A DNA stretch of 64,000 nt from an archaeon (GTDB taxonomy: Archaea; Nanobdellota; Nanobdellia; Pacearchaeales; GW2011-AR1), in assembly GCA_018694115.1 (NCBI GenBank), contig JABHNB010000005.1, positions 69,660-133,659 on the forward strand. The letters are read 5' to 3'. The position numbers and the translations under genes are program-made. Position 1 is the stretch's first letter, and every line of letters starts with the position of its first letter. The notes beneath the pieces are model-generated. The model was not told the DNA's origin and did not search any database. It saw only the letters and a list, made by a program, of their open reading frames with translations. Shown here one piece after another: positions 28,701-38,284 of this stretch.

Positions 28701-29347
28701 AGATGAGCGAGTTGAATGATTTTACAAAGGGAGAGTTTGTTCCAGAAACTTGGAAATATGTAAACAATAATCTGGGATATGTTAATCAAGTTCAGAACGA
28801 TGTCCAAAACGCACAATTTCTAACAATCATCTCTTCAGATGATAATCAGAATGTTGGAGATGAGCTGATTGTCTCTCAAGTACCTGAAGGCACAATTATC
28901 TCCCATCCAAGCGATATGTCCTATAACGATACTTTAATCCTCAATGAGTTAGCAACCACCACCTCTAGTGCAAACGGAGTAGATTTCACAGGTAAACTCG
29001 CAATAGTAAGAATAGATAACACAAACGATCTAACAGACTTTTACATTAAGGAATCCACTAACTTAACTTACGATAACCGGAATTATTTCAAGCAAAACAG
29101 TGGAGATCTTCATCACTTGGCCCTATCCTATGAAATAGATAAAATCCAAGGAAGCGTAGAAGCAAACGAACCAACAGAGATAGAGATTTTCTCCGTGCTC
29201 ACACCCTCTTCTATAGAACTTGAGATCCATCCAGAAGACTACCCATTCGAAGATGAAACAACCTCGCCAATAAGTTACACATACAATAACAATATAATAA
29301 CAATTACAATTCCTAAAGGCGCTGCAAGTATTAGAATCCGGGGATAG
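25745..29347 (+). CDS. 1200-aa class III signal peptide (pilin-like) protein with a putative heparinase II/III-like lyase region
   Basis: KRG|ISTLVATVLIVLLTVAAVAIIW; helical ALAYDLL region; GIFRDNWG and RQILYLKDYIIIFDEM beta-sandwich motifs. Confidence 0.65.
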   Translation: MNKRGISTLVATVLIVLLTVAAVAIIWITIIPLIAEDSYFQEEVDLKIVTAGGYTLWDESEKAACVQVERGQDNVELSRIEVVFSVNGKSERGSFQKNEVPGNNERATKCFPLDAKPVSIKLIPYRQLPGGGEESLGVTSEIGEGTEGGIKIPDGKREDLPISKLDDTPEFFPALMDRRTDWDTGFSEAKLYLTSDDYDVLVNGGETEIHTEEQNPYILLPLEDQTKLTFKIEFISREDGSVINTETKMIQYKNLCKDFPKDACPWEVKLATSEKLNSEGDTVLFNEEDLERVKSFEGSADDCERYIYSRFRSNLHAYVKGVYEKYKDRNTGEIKDYPPINTLEDDYLIELTVDKDPREDYSYFTMPSGKSVAAFDYIEILSGPGIGEFRVVKTAENISLTEWNVLFYSKNNNFLYTPDSPSPLGKGTEFRVYKTRGFSVPMHISHAAMAYRLGFEGQIASPEDYYQFAKEMLIYDPMIGGGVYSNYPHYWASYALAYDLLKDRLREDDLADGTNYTEQIEYKLARMIDYSTVNKQVNMWKVFTVLSWTGYTFSSAGTNAIVLSDWVPPKGSQMTGPRDWMDNAMQLMHRPTYSDLYTRDGHLNTGAMYANAAMSDIATFSFIYQRLTEVRLLEEPRFDEAIRTMTRSYFPDLVAPYGLAMGTHIKRIPNTLYQNPDFVNSETAGLMQGMIEREKELATRQGRGMACWGTAGNARMVQSLFMYDKSTPPIRPENLMVTDPKWRPTQFLPYANQGIFRDNWGQDTRQLIGMGKAEVNGNYWIENYNIGTLMYYEDGEHLFGPDWSYSLPPSRYGEFTMLADGQVSASRKVAGNGELTHYFSYPDESDTGYFVQTGQIDAAFLMPGEDLTSLLKDLNYDLTNNKRYPKDYPSDAVSNYPEDVTMSRQILYLKDYIIIFDEMSGDEAHDYEIVFTTPRLIGDVNINPTEQTASWTGVVANYSRSFLERDSTQEHYIPSEDANRTVRIQQMSELNDFTKGEFVPETWKYVNNNLGYVNQVQNDVQNAQFLTIISSDDNQNVGDELIVSQVPEGTIISHPSDMSYNDTLILNELATTTSSANGVDFTGKLAIVRIDNTNDLTDFYIKESTNLTYDNRNYFKQNSGDLHHLALSYEIDKIQGSVEANEPTEIEIFSVLTPSSIELEIHPEDYPFEDETTSPISYTYNNNIITITIPKGAASIRIRG

Positions 29348-29354
29348 AATAAAA

Positions 29355-29753
29355 TTATTCAATAAATACTCCGGGATAACCCTTAATTTCATCCACTGCA
29401 GTCTCTAATGCTAAATCAATTTGATCAGTGAGATGCAAATCATAAAAATATATCTTTCCATCTTTCCCGCCAGCCCAATTTTCATTGACCTTAAAATCTC
29501 TCCCAATAGTCTGGCCAAATCTCCCGAGAATTCTTCCAGAAAGAGCACTTTTTGAGACACGTTCTCTTTCTCCAATTATTCTTTTTTCATCAAGTTCTGG
29601 CACTAGGCTTACGATTCCGGTCCCACCATACTGAGAATTTTCTCGTAGAGCAAATAGTGTATCTTGAGGAAATACTCCTGCCTCTGCACATTCCTTAAAC
29701 ATCTTAAGATAGTCATTCGCAACAGAATTATCAAAACAAAATCCATACCCCAT
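29355..29753 (-). CDS. Hypothetical protein, possibly 5'-truncated
   Basis: Frame stays open about 38 codons upstream without a start codon; D....NW...DGKIYFYD weakly kinase-like. Confidence 0.55.
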   Translation of the reverse strand: MGYGFCFDNSVANDYLKMFKECAEAGVFPQDTLFALRENSQYGGTGIVSLVPELDEKRIIGERERVSKSALSGRILGRFGQTIGRDFKVNENWAGGKDGKIYFYDLHLTDQIDLALETAVDEIKGYPGVFIE

Positions 29754-30049
29754 GGCATCTGTAGCCTTAGTATACCATTTCAGCCTACCCCGTTTGATAG
29801 TATCAACACCCCCACCGTCGACCTGACCTTTTTGGCATCGGGAGGGGACAACTAAATTTTTTGTTTATGAACTTTGTTTAGTTTAATTGTCGTTGGTGGT
29901 TAGAGTTTTTAAGGATTGTCGACCACCGTTGGGTGACGGATTATTAGAGAGGTCACCCAAAAAGACTAAATAGAAAATTTACTAAATAATAACTCCTTTG
30001 TCGTGGTGACAACAGAAACCTTTATATAATGTGGACTCTATTGTTTATT

Positions 30050-30442
30050 ATGACAATAAGAGAATTTCTAGACTCGGCTGTGCATGATGTAGTTGGGCAT
30101 GGGTTTGCTGCTATGGCTGGAATTTCGGCATTGGCTTATAATTGCATGAGCGATCCTAGTCGGCCGACTGAATCTTTGATGACTGGGTTGATTGGAGGTG
30201 GGTTGTATATGGCTGGGGCTCATTATAAGAAAGTTCATGATTTGAATAAAAAATATGCGGGAGCTTTGGAAAATGTCAAGGATAATCCTGATCAGCTGGA
30301 AAAGTTGGATTCTTTTTTTGAGGATGTTGGAAATAATAAACTGCATTGTGGTAATGTTGCGCCTGCGCGTCATAAGCTATCTCATAGATTTACGAAATCT
30401 CTTTATGATAGGCAGAGGGCGAAAGTTGTTGCGGCGGCTTGA
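30050..30442 (+). CDS. Hypothetical membrane protein
   Basis: Two hydrophobic segments; TATA upstream. Confidence 0.6.
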   Translation: MTIREFLDSAVHDVVGHGFAAMAGISALAYNCMSDPSRPTESLMTGLIGGGLYMAGAHYKKVHDLNKKYAGALENVKDNPDQLEKLDSFFEDVGNNKLHCGNVAPARHKLSHRFTKSLYDRQRAKVVAAA

Positions 30443-30481
30443 AAGGATAACTTTTATAAAGTTCTTGTGTATGTATTAGAT

Positions 30482-31306
30482 ATGAAAAAGAGTGGAGTTG
30501 TTGTTTTGATTATCTTAATGGGTTTTGTTAGTTTTGTTTCTGCTGAGAAAGAAATGGAAATTGATGGAAGGTTGACGAAATGGATTTATAATAATAATTC
30601 TAATCGGATTGAGGATGTTGATCGTTGGAAATGGATATGTGATAATCTTGAGAAAGATGAGCATAGTAGCTGGATAAAACCCAACGAAGAGGAATTGGAA
30701 TTGTTTTTTGAAGAATATCCTAGTTCGAAAAATAGTTTGGGTATGTTTTGTTATCGCTTTGATGATGATGGTGAGTGGGAAGTGCATGAAATAGAGACCA
30801 AAGAAGATGAAGAATCTTTTTTGAGAGAGCTTGAAGAATTAACCAACGGTGGGGATGGAGAGGAGGATAAGGCTGAGAGGGGATTTTTTGGGAATATTTG
30901 GAATTGGTTTATTGGCTTGTTTGGATATGGCGATTCTGGTGATGGTGGTATTGATGTACCCGAACAAGAGGATAATCCTGACTGTCCTCAGCAGAAAGAA
31001 TTTGTTGAGGGTCTTTATGTAGAGTTGGGAGAAAGTAGTGGGAATAAATATGAATGTATTAGAACTTGTATTACTGTTGCTAAGGGTGGTTTGAATGAAG
31101 AGATGTTGAGAACGCTTGAGTTTGGTCAGAATTTGATGGCGATTGAGGGTGAGAAAACTTGTGATGAACATGGTTATACTACTGACCATTGTAATGTGTG
31201 TGATTATGATTTGGGTGGTGGGGATTCGGAATATGGGGATGCGCTTGGCGGTGCGGAAGGATTTGCTGCTGCTATGAAAGAGTTTAATAAAGAGATGGGT
31301 GGTTAA
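30482..31306 (+). CDS. Secreted acidic Cys-containing protein
   Basis: Sec signal peptide (..VSFVSA); GFFGNIWNWFIGLFG motif. Confidence 0.7.
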   Translation: MKKSGVVVLIILMGFVSFVSAEKEMEIDGRLTKWIYNNNSNRIEDVDRWKWICDNLEKDEHSSWIKPNEEELELFFEEYPSSKNSLGMFCYRFDDDGEWEVHEIETKEDEESFLRELEELTNGGDGEEDKAERGFFGNIWNWFIGLFGYGDSGDGGIDVPEQEDNPDCPQQKEFVEGLYVELGESSGNKYECIRTCITVAKGGLNEEMLRTLEFGQNLMAIEGEKTCDEHGYTTDHCNVCDYDLGGGDSEYGDALGGAEGFAAAMKEFNKEMGG

Positions 31307-31354
31307 ATTGAACCTAACATTTATAAAGATGTGTGCTATGAGATTAATAAGAAG

Positions 31355-33127
31355 ATGGTGAAAAAGATTGGAATATTGGGAGCGTTTCTGCTTGGTTTAT
31401 TTTTGATTAGTGTTGCTGCTGCTGGAACTAGTTTTGATGATGCGGAAGTTATAGATGTTGATTCGGCTTTGTCGGGGGTTGGGCTTCAGGGTCAGGATGC
31501 TCATTATTATAAGATTAGTTTAGACATAGGGGATTATTTTATAGCAAAAGATATTGTGGCTTACGAAGAGGATGGTGCTTTTTATGATGGGAGTAAGGGG
31601 GTTTATTTTGAGATTTACAATCCTTTGAAACAAAAGATTGCTTCGACAGTGATTAAGGGGAGTGCCATAAAAGACTATATGGTCGGATATTCTGTTAGTT
31701 CTGAGGATGATGTTGGAGAGTATTATTTTGTTATAAGATATAAGGGGGGAGGGGATTATACACTGGAATATGGTATGGATTTTTCTGTTACTGATGTTCG
31801 AGATATTAATTCCGTGGAGGCTTCAAGTCGGGGAGATGAGACTGCTACTGAAATTGAATCTGGAACCTATACTGATTGCTGTAGTTTGATTAGAGGTGAT
31901 GTGCGAGATACATATAGGATTGAGGTTAAGGAGAATTCTAAGATTACTGCTAAGGTGATTCCAGAATCTGGGGTTTCGGATAATTTGCCTGAACTTGCTT
32001 TATATTTTTACGAGGAGGATCAGCAGAAAGTATCGGGTGACGATGGGTCTAGAGGTGAGACTATTGAAGTAGATTATGTTTCTCCAAGTGATCAAACAAT
32101 TTGGGTTTATGTTACAACAACGGGTGGAAATGATGACAATGAGGGGAGATATAGTTTGGAAGTTTCTGTAGATGGTGGTGGTTTGTTTGGAAAAGATTAT
32201 TCTGATGAGCCAGATAGTCAATCGTCTTCTGGTTCTTCATCTACTCCTAGCTTATCGTCGAGAAATGGTGGAAGCTCTTCTGGGCTTTTTGTTTTCTTGA
32301 TTATAATTTTGGCTGTGTTAATACCTTATGTTTATTTTTCTTTATGTTTTATTGGGATGGCGAAGAAAACTGATGTTGGTCCGAGGTGGTTTGCTTGGGT
32401 TCCTATTTTGAATTTGGTTTTGCTTGTTAGAATTTCTGGTATGTCTTCTTGGCTAACTCTCTTGATATTTGTTCCTATCGTGAATATTGTTTTCTTTGGT
32501 GTGGTGTGGTGGAAGGCTGCTAAAAGAACTGGATTCTCTGGGGGGTTGGGTCTTTTAATGTTTGTTCCAATTGCTCAATTAATTATGCCTGGGATTTTTG
32601 CTTGGAAGAAGAGCGTCCCTAATTCTGGAAATGATTCTTCTGGTTCTAAAATAGTAAGCAAATCTGCTACCCCGAGTTCCTCTGGTCCCAATAGAGGTTT
32701 TGATATTAAAAGTATGAAAAAATCTTATATGTTACTTGGTGCTTTGGGAGTTTTGGCTATTTCTATTTTGTTGCCTTGGGTTTCTATAAGTGTGGCAATT
32801 ATCACTTTGTCGATTAGCGGATGGATGATTTCTTGGATTGTGAAGATTTTGTTGTTTGTAACCTTAGGAGTTGCTGCTTTAGTATATTTTAAGAAAGACT
32901 TGGGGGCAAAGGCTTCTGTTGGATTATCTGCAATTATATTGCTATATTTAGTCTTTAGGTTAATTGTTCCTGTGAGTGTTGGTAGTGGCTTTGCTTCTGC
33001 GACATTGAATCTCTCGAGTATCTTTAGTTATCTTGGCTTTGGATTCTATTTGTTTGTAATTGCAACTGTTGCCGTAGGGGTTTTTGGATGGAAGATGATG
33101 AAGGCTAGAAATGGTGCTGTAGATTAA
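31355..33127 (+). CDS. Surface protein with PPC-like beta domains and a multi-TM C-terminus (DUF5684-like)
   Basis: Signal peptide; GTSFDDA, D.Y.I.V, G.YSL.V; Ser-rich linker; W.AWVPILN TM motif. Confidence 0.7.
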   Translation: MVKKIGILGAFLLGLFLISVAAAGTSFDDAEVIDVDSALSGVGLQGQDAHYYKISLDIGDYFIAKDIVAYEEDGAFYDGSKGVYFEIYNPLKQKIASTVIKGSAIKDYMVGYSVSSEDDVGEYYFVIRYKGGGDYTLEYGMDFSVTDVRDINSVEASSRGDETATEIESGTYTDCCSLIRGDVRDTYRIEVKENSKITAKVIPESGVSDNLPELALYFYEEDQQKVSGDDGSRGETIEVDYVSPSDQTIWVYVTTTGGNDDNEGRYSLEVSVDGGGLFGKDYSDEPDSQSSSGSSSTPSLSSRNGGSSSGLFVFLIIILAVLIPYVYFSLCFIGMAKKTDVGPRWFAWVPILNLVLLVRISGMSSWLTLLIFVPIVNIVFFGVVWWKAAKRTGFSGGLGLLMFVPIAQLIMPGIFAWKKSVPNSGNDSSGSKIVSKSATPSSSGPNRGFDIKSMKKSYMLLGALGVLAISILLPWVSISVAIITLSISGWMISWIVKILLFVTLGVAALVYFKKDLGAKASVGLSAIILLYLVFRLIVPVSVGSGFASATLNLSSIFSYLGFGFYLFVIATVAVGVFGWKMMKARNGAVD

Positions 33128-33369
33128 AGATTTAAATTGGGTATAATTTTAAGGAAAAAATTCCAGAAAGAAAAAACTTAGGTTAGTTTATTTGAAGGAA
33201 TAACCCCCTAATCCTTATACAAAAACAACAACATCGGCATAACTTTTTGCCTCCTATATCCCCCTACATACACACAGTATATATACATATATACGGAGAC
33301 TGACTTCTCGCCTATTCACAGAAAAAATACCGTCGACAAAACCATTATCACACCCATCAAAATAGGGTG

Positions 33370-34398
33370 TCAGTTTTTAACTAGTTTTTCGATGATTTTG
33401 CGCACCCCCATTCGCGAAGTGACCTTGCCATATTTACGATATTTTTTAGTTAAATTTCTATTAGTCACAATAAAATACCAATTCTGACCATACTTATTGT
33501 TTAGCAAACTAACCTTGTTCCTTAAACTCTTTTTCTTTGTAAGTAGGGATCCTTTTTCAATTTCAAGGGCATAAATTTTATAATTTATTTCAAAGGTTAA
33601 GTCCGCGTCTTTTGTGTCATGGGTTCTAATACTGTTATGACTAATGTGTTTCTCAAGAAGTTGTTTAATTCTGGCTACCAAAAAAGTGTGTGATGGCGAA
33701 TGATTCAAAATTTGTTTCACGAGAAATGTTTTATTTTTACTTTCAATTGGATCATATTCATTAGTCTTTTTGTACTCTTCTTTTTCTAATACTTCAATTT
33801 CTTTTTTATTCAACTTCTCGATATCATAGATTATAGTGTCTTCAGCTTTTAATTTTTCTAATACTGCATCATGATAATCTTGTAACCTTAACTGTTCTTG
33901 ATAATGTTGCTTCTTTAATTCTTTAATTTCCTCTTGTAATTGTATTTTTTTGTATTCTTCTGTCTTCTGATATTCTTCAATCTTAACTCTTTTTAATTCT
34001 TTCTTGGTGTCTATTATTTTGCACTGTATTCTCGAGTCCTGATTATATTCCTCCAGAGATTGAGTTAATATTTCTAATTCGTTTGAATTCATGCCATTTA
34101 TATTTTTACATGAAAGCTTCACAATATTTCTTTCTTCTATCTTATTATCTTTAATTCTTTCAGCTTCCGACCTCTCCCTTTCGAGGCTCAAGTTGCGATG
34201 ACGGATTATTAGAAAAACTAATCCTATTAAACTAAGGGTGATTATTGAAATAATAAAAATTTGGCTTGTGATAAGGGATAATAATTTATCTGGAATTTCG
34301 GAAACACTTTTTTGAAATGCCTTAATCTTTTCTATAAGAACAGCATTAATAATTAATCCCGCGAATAAAACCAACCCGAACATCTCTTCAGTTTCCAC
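33370..34398 (-). CDS. Membrane/coiled-coil protein with a C-terminal PD-(D/E)xK-like domain
   Basis: Two TM, coiled coil, then H..L, DADLTF, ALEIEKG. Confidence 0.65.
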   Translation of the reverse strand: METEEMFGLVLFAGLIINAVLIEKIKAFQKSVSEIPDKLLSLITSQIFIISIITLSLIGLVFLIIRHRNLSLERERSEAERIKDNKIEERNIVKLSCKNINGMNSNELEILTQSLEEYNQDSRIQCKIIDTKKELKRVKIEEYQKTEEYKKIQLQEEIKELKKQHYQEQLRLQDYHDAVLEKLKAEDTIIYDIEKLNKKEIEVLEKEEYKKTNEYDPIESKNKTFLVKQILNHSPSHTFLVARIKQLLEKHISHNSIRTHDTKDADLTFEINYKIYALEIEKGSLLTKKKSLRNKVSLLNNKYGQNWYFIVTNRNLTKKYRKYGKVTSRMGVRKIIEKLVKN

Positions 34399-35575
34399 AG
34401 GGTATTAGTTCTGCCTGACTATGCAATTTATTTACATGAACATATATCTCTGCCAGTTGTCTTTTCATGGCTTCAACCTGAGCTTCTAATAATTCACTTC
34501 TATTTTCAGATTTTACCAATCTTTGTTCTAACTCGGTCTTTGTAACATCAATCAATAAATCCTCTTCACTAATTGTATCTCTCATTCCAAGCATCTCAGA
34601 ATAATAATGAATCTTATCAGACTTCTTCCATCCGAATCTAAACTTCAAGGCTGATTCAGATTTATATCTCACAAGCCAATAACAGCAACTACAATGCCTA
34701 AAATCATACATAGTCAAATCGGAATAATTCTGACCAGCTAAACTCTTCTCATCGCCAAACAACTTCCTAGCCAATCTTTTCAAATAACGATTAGCAACGT
34801 AAGGACTAAATTTAAACAGATAATCTTCAGCTCCCAACTCATTCTCTTTTATATATCTCCTAACTAATTCAGAGCAAAGCATCAACTTAATTCTTCTTCC
34901 AAATGTTTTAGAAACTTCATCTCGAATATTCAACTCCTTACAATTCAAAGACAAATCCGAAACCTTAACATTCAACAATTCGGTCGGAGATCTAATTCCT
35001 GTATCAAATAAAAACATAACAAGCACCCTATATTTCAGATTACAATTATCACAAAAAATTCTAACTTGCTCTTCATTTAGGTATACCCATTCAGGCTTCT
35101 CGCCTGAAGAATCCAGATAAGTCGTAATATCCTCGACCGTTTGTCCCGCCTTACGTGCGACCTTTTGCCACCAGTGCCAGAAAGCCTTAAAGATTTTGAC
35201 AAAGTCCCGTGTCGCCTTATATCTACGTCCGTCCTGCCGTTTTATTTTGCCTCCTCGCATATCAACAAAGAATGAGCAAACTTGTTGCTCGGTTAGGAGA
35301 ATCATATCATCAACATCAAGAATTTCCTTGAATTTCTTGGCTAAAAAGGTGAGTCTTTGTCTTATCGTGTTGATTCGAACAAAACTTCTGGCTCCCTTTT
35401 TGCTTGATAAGGATGTATTAATTCCGAGTTCCATATCGGTCATATATTTTAAAATTATCTCCGAGTTCTGTCTCGAGATGTCAGGAATGCCTCCTAATTC
35501 CCGCACCTTATCTTTCCAACGGGTCAGCGACCCTTCGTGGTTGTAAGGATCAATTTTCATGGTGTCAGTGTCCAA
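34388..35575 (-). CDS. Tyrosine recombinase/integrase
   Basis: DTGIRSPTELL (R), SKT (K), YDFRH (HxxR variant), FGW, HYYS (Y). Confidence 0.9.
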   Translation of the reverse strand: MDTDTMKIDPYNHEGSLTRWKDKVRELGGIPDISRQNSEIILKYMTDMELGINTSLSSKKGARSFVRINTIRQRLTFLAKKFKEILDVDDMILLTEQQVCSFFVDMRGGKIKRQDGRRYKATRDFVKIFKAFWHWWQKVARKAGQTVEDITTYLDSSGEKPEWVYLNEEQVRIFCDNCNLKYRVLVMFLFDTGIRSPTELLNVKVSDLSLNCKELNIRDEVSKTFGRRIKLMLCSELVRRYIKENELGAEDYLFKFSPYVANRYLKRLARKLFGDEKSLAGQNYSDLTMYDFRHCSCCYWLVRYKSESALKFRFGWKKSDKIHYYSEMLGMRDTISEEDLLIDVTKTELEQRLVKSENRSELLEAQVEAMKRQLAEIYVHVNKLHSQAELIPCGN

Positions 35576-36009
35576 AAAAATATGTTATTTAAGTCTTGTC
35601 GACCACCTACTGGTGACATGTTCTTCAAAAATTCTTGTTTTTTAGTTTTCATTTAGTTATTTCTAAACAAAAATCTGTCCCCGCGATTGGTCAAAAGGGT
35701 CTAACGCTCCAAGAGGGAGTTCGTCCCATCTTTGCCTCTGCAGGAACTCCAAATAGGTTCGCCAGATCTTCTCGTGTAACTATTTTTCTATCTAAGGTGG
35801 GTATAACTCCGTCATATTGTTTTATTGTTTCATCTGCCATGTAATATTATTAATTCCCTTGGTAACCTCTTCTTTCCATACTCTACAAAGGCACTTTTAG
35901 TATATAAAGCTTTCTATTTGTTACCACCCCTAAATGACACTATAAATGCTCCCCAAGGGCCATTTCCTCCCATCACAAACATTAAAAATCCCTTATCCTT
36001 CACCAACCT

Positions 36010-37407
36010 ATGGCAGAGAAAGCTTACCCAATAAAAATCGGATTAGAGGTGCACGGATATCTTAATACCAATGAGAAATTATTCTGTATGTGTAAAACTC
36101 GCCCAAATCTAGAAGAAAAGGAAGACAAACCTAATTCAAGAGTCTGCCCAATCTGCACTGGATATCCCGGATCTAAGCCAATGGCCCCAAACATGGAAGC
36201 TATGAGAAAACTAATCCAAATTTCACTAGTTCTAGGATGTAAAATCAATCACAAAGATTTAATCTGGCAAAGGAAGCACTATAACTGGGCAGATAATCCA
36301 AAAGGATACCAAACAACAATCTCGGGAGCTCATGCGGCACTCCCCACAACAAAAGGAAAGTTCCGGGGAATCGGGATCACAGAATGTCATCTTGAAGAAG
36401 ATCCAGCACAATGGAATCCAGAAACTGGAAAGATAAATTACAACCGATCAGGACTCCCCCTTATCGAAATAGTAACCGATCCTGATTTCAAATCCTCCGA
36501 AGAAGTTATAGGATGGCTAAAGGCCCTTGTCCTCTCTCTTTCCTACATAAAAGCAATACGAAAGAATGCAGGAATTAAGGTAGATGTCAATGTTTCTACA
36601 TACGGGGACAGAGTAGAGATGAAGAATCTAAACTCTCTAGAAAAAATTAGAAAAGCAATAGAATATGAAATTGTGAGACAAATAGAAAATCACAAAGAGG
36701 GAATAGTGCAGAAACAAGAGACCCTGGCATTTGACGAGAAGCTTGGAAAAACAATCAAGATGAGAGATAAAGAAACGGCATCAGACTATCGTTTCATCCC
36801 AGATCCCGATCTTCCATTAATCCGAATTGACAAAAAGCTTGTAGGCAAAATCCAAAAGAATCTCCCAGAGATGCCAGAAAAAAAACTTCAGAAACTCCTT
36901 AAGAAATATAGCGTAGACAAAAAGGATGCAGGCATCCTTACAAAGAATCTCGAGCTAGTCGAGTTCTTCGAAGAGCTAGCCGATGGCGGGATAGACATGA
37001 AAAAGAATCTATCTTGGATAACCATAGAACTTCTGCGAGTCTTAAATTATAATAGCAAAACCTTGGAAGATGAAGATGTCGACATCAAGCCAGCACATCT
37101 CGCAGAACTAATCAATCTAGTAAACAGCGGAAAGATCACAGTTCTTAAGGGAAAACAAATCATGAATGATTTTGTACCAAAATCCTTCGCCATAAGCAAT
37201 CACAAACTCGAAATCCAAAGCATCGACAAGGCAGCAATCGAAAATCTCTGCAAGCAAGTAATCAGCGAAAATCAAAAAGTCGTAGATGATTTCAAAGGCG
37301 GCAAAGATGCAAGTCTCAATTATCTAATCGGCCAAGTAATGCGGTTGAGTGAAAGACGAGCGGACTTTAAGGTTGCTGGGGAATGTTTGAGGAAGTTAAT
37401 AAAATAA
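36010..37407 (+). CDS. gatB: Asp/Glu-tRNA amidotransferase subunit B
   Basis: IGLEVH, CPICTGYPG, HLEED, NRSG.PLIEIVT.PD, EMKNLNS, DYRFIPDPDL. Confidence 0.96.
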   Translation: MAEKAYPIKIGLEVHGYLNTNEKLFCMCKTRPNLEEKEDKPNSRVCPICTGYPGSKPMAPNMEAMRKLIQISLVLGCKINHKDLIWQRKHYNWADNPKGYQTTISGAHAALPTTKGKFRGIGITECHLEEDPAQWNPETGKINYNRSGLPLIEIVTDPDFKSSEEVIGWLKALVLSLSYIKAIRKNAGIKVDVNVSTYGDRVEMKNLNSLEKIRKAIEYEIVRQIENHKEGIVQKQETLAFDEKLGKTIKMRDKETASDYRFIPDPDLPLIRIDKKLVGKIQKNLPEMPEKKLQKLLKKYSVDKKDAGILTKNLELVEFFEELADGGIDMKKNLSWITIELLRVLNYNSKTLEDEDVDIKPAHLAELINLVNSGKITVLKGKQIMNDFVPKSFAISNHKLEIQSIDKAAIENLCKQVISENQKVVDDFKGGKDASLNYLIGQVMRLSERRADFKVAGECLRKLIK

Positions 37408-37877
37408 TGGAAATTAGAAAAGCAACAATAGCAGACCTAAAAGATATCCAAGGATTATGCAGCCTACTTTGCGAAAAGGAGCATAATGAGTATGATGGAC
37501 TTATGGATCTGGACTGGGCCTTTAGCGAAAAGGGAGAGAAATATCTCATGGAAGCGATAACTAAGACAACTGATTATGTCTTTGTTGCAGTAGATGATGG
37601 CAAGATTGTAGGATATTTATCTGGAGGTATCGTAACGGGAGAAGGTTATAGAAATTTACCAAAGATGGCAGATCTAGCTAATTTTTTCATTCTAGAAGAT
37701 TATAGATCTAAAGGCCTTGGAAGAATGTTCTATGAAAGTGCTGTGAGTTGGGCTAAAGAAAATGATGCCAAGAGACTCCGGGTCGAAGTTAGTCCGGGAA
37801 ATGATAAGGGAGTCAATTTCTACAAAAAAATGGGTTTTGAAGAGTTTACTCTCACCTTAGAAAGAGAGTTAGAATAA
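37407..37877 (+). CDS. GNAT N-acetyltransferase
   Basis: IRKAT..D, YRSKGLG, N..G..FYKKMGF. Confidence 0.92.
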   Translation: MEIRKATIADLKDIQGLCSLLCEKEHNEYDGLMDLDWAFSEKGEKYLMEAITKTTDYVFVAVDDGKIVGYLSGGIVTGEGYRNLPKMADLANFFILEDYRSKGLGRMFYESAVSWAKENDAKRLRVEVSPGNDKGVNFYKKMGFEEFTLTLERELE

Positions 37878-37935
37878 AGATAAGTTTCTAGTTGAGCAGG
37901 GAAATTTTTATAAACGAATGATTGGTCGAGATTAG

Positions 37936-38259
37936 ATGACAGACGATTTTAATAGTCCGCCGCCTTTTTATCGGGGACACGAAGGATTCGCAGAAGTACT
38001 TGCCGATAAAAGACTTTCTCGTCCAGGCAGAGCAATTAGAGTTTATAATTATGGGGGATTTTCTGGGGATGAGAAGTTATATGCAATTGGAACCGAAGGG
38101 CAATTATTTGATGGTCAAACTGGGGAACTAGTTAGGCCGGAAGATGTTTTTTCTAGAGAAGCTGCACCGGATGGTTGGAGCGTTGAAGGATGTGAACTTG
38201 CTCTTCTCCCAGAAGAGGAAATGATGAAAGTTGTGATGGATCCGAAATATTCAAGGTGA
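37936..38259 (+). CDS. Hypothetical protein
   Basis: ORF with TATA about 25 nt upstream. Confidence 0.6.
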   Translation: MTDDFNSPPPFYRGHEGFAEVLADKRLSRPGRAIRVYNYGGFSGDEKLYAIGTEGQLFDGQTGELVRPEDVFSREAAPDGWSVEGCELALLPEEEMMKVVMDPKYSR

Positions 38260-38284
38260 TAATCAATAGAATTCTAATCTATAC

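Larger units (their letters stand above)
29908..35617. mobile_element. Putative integrase-associated island
   Basis: Tyrosine recombinase at the right end; 24/30 direct repeat at 29908-29937 and 35588-35617; cargo with G+T-rich sense strand. Confidence 0.45.

Noticed and set aside
35691-35840. 49-aa minus-strand ORF upstream of the integrase (MADETIKQ...)
   Set aside because: Has a plausible TATA but is too short and motif-free to call; may be a gene remnant
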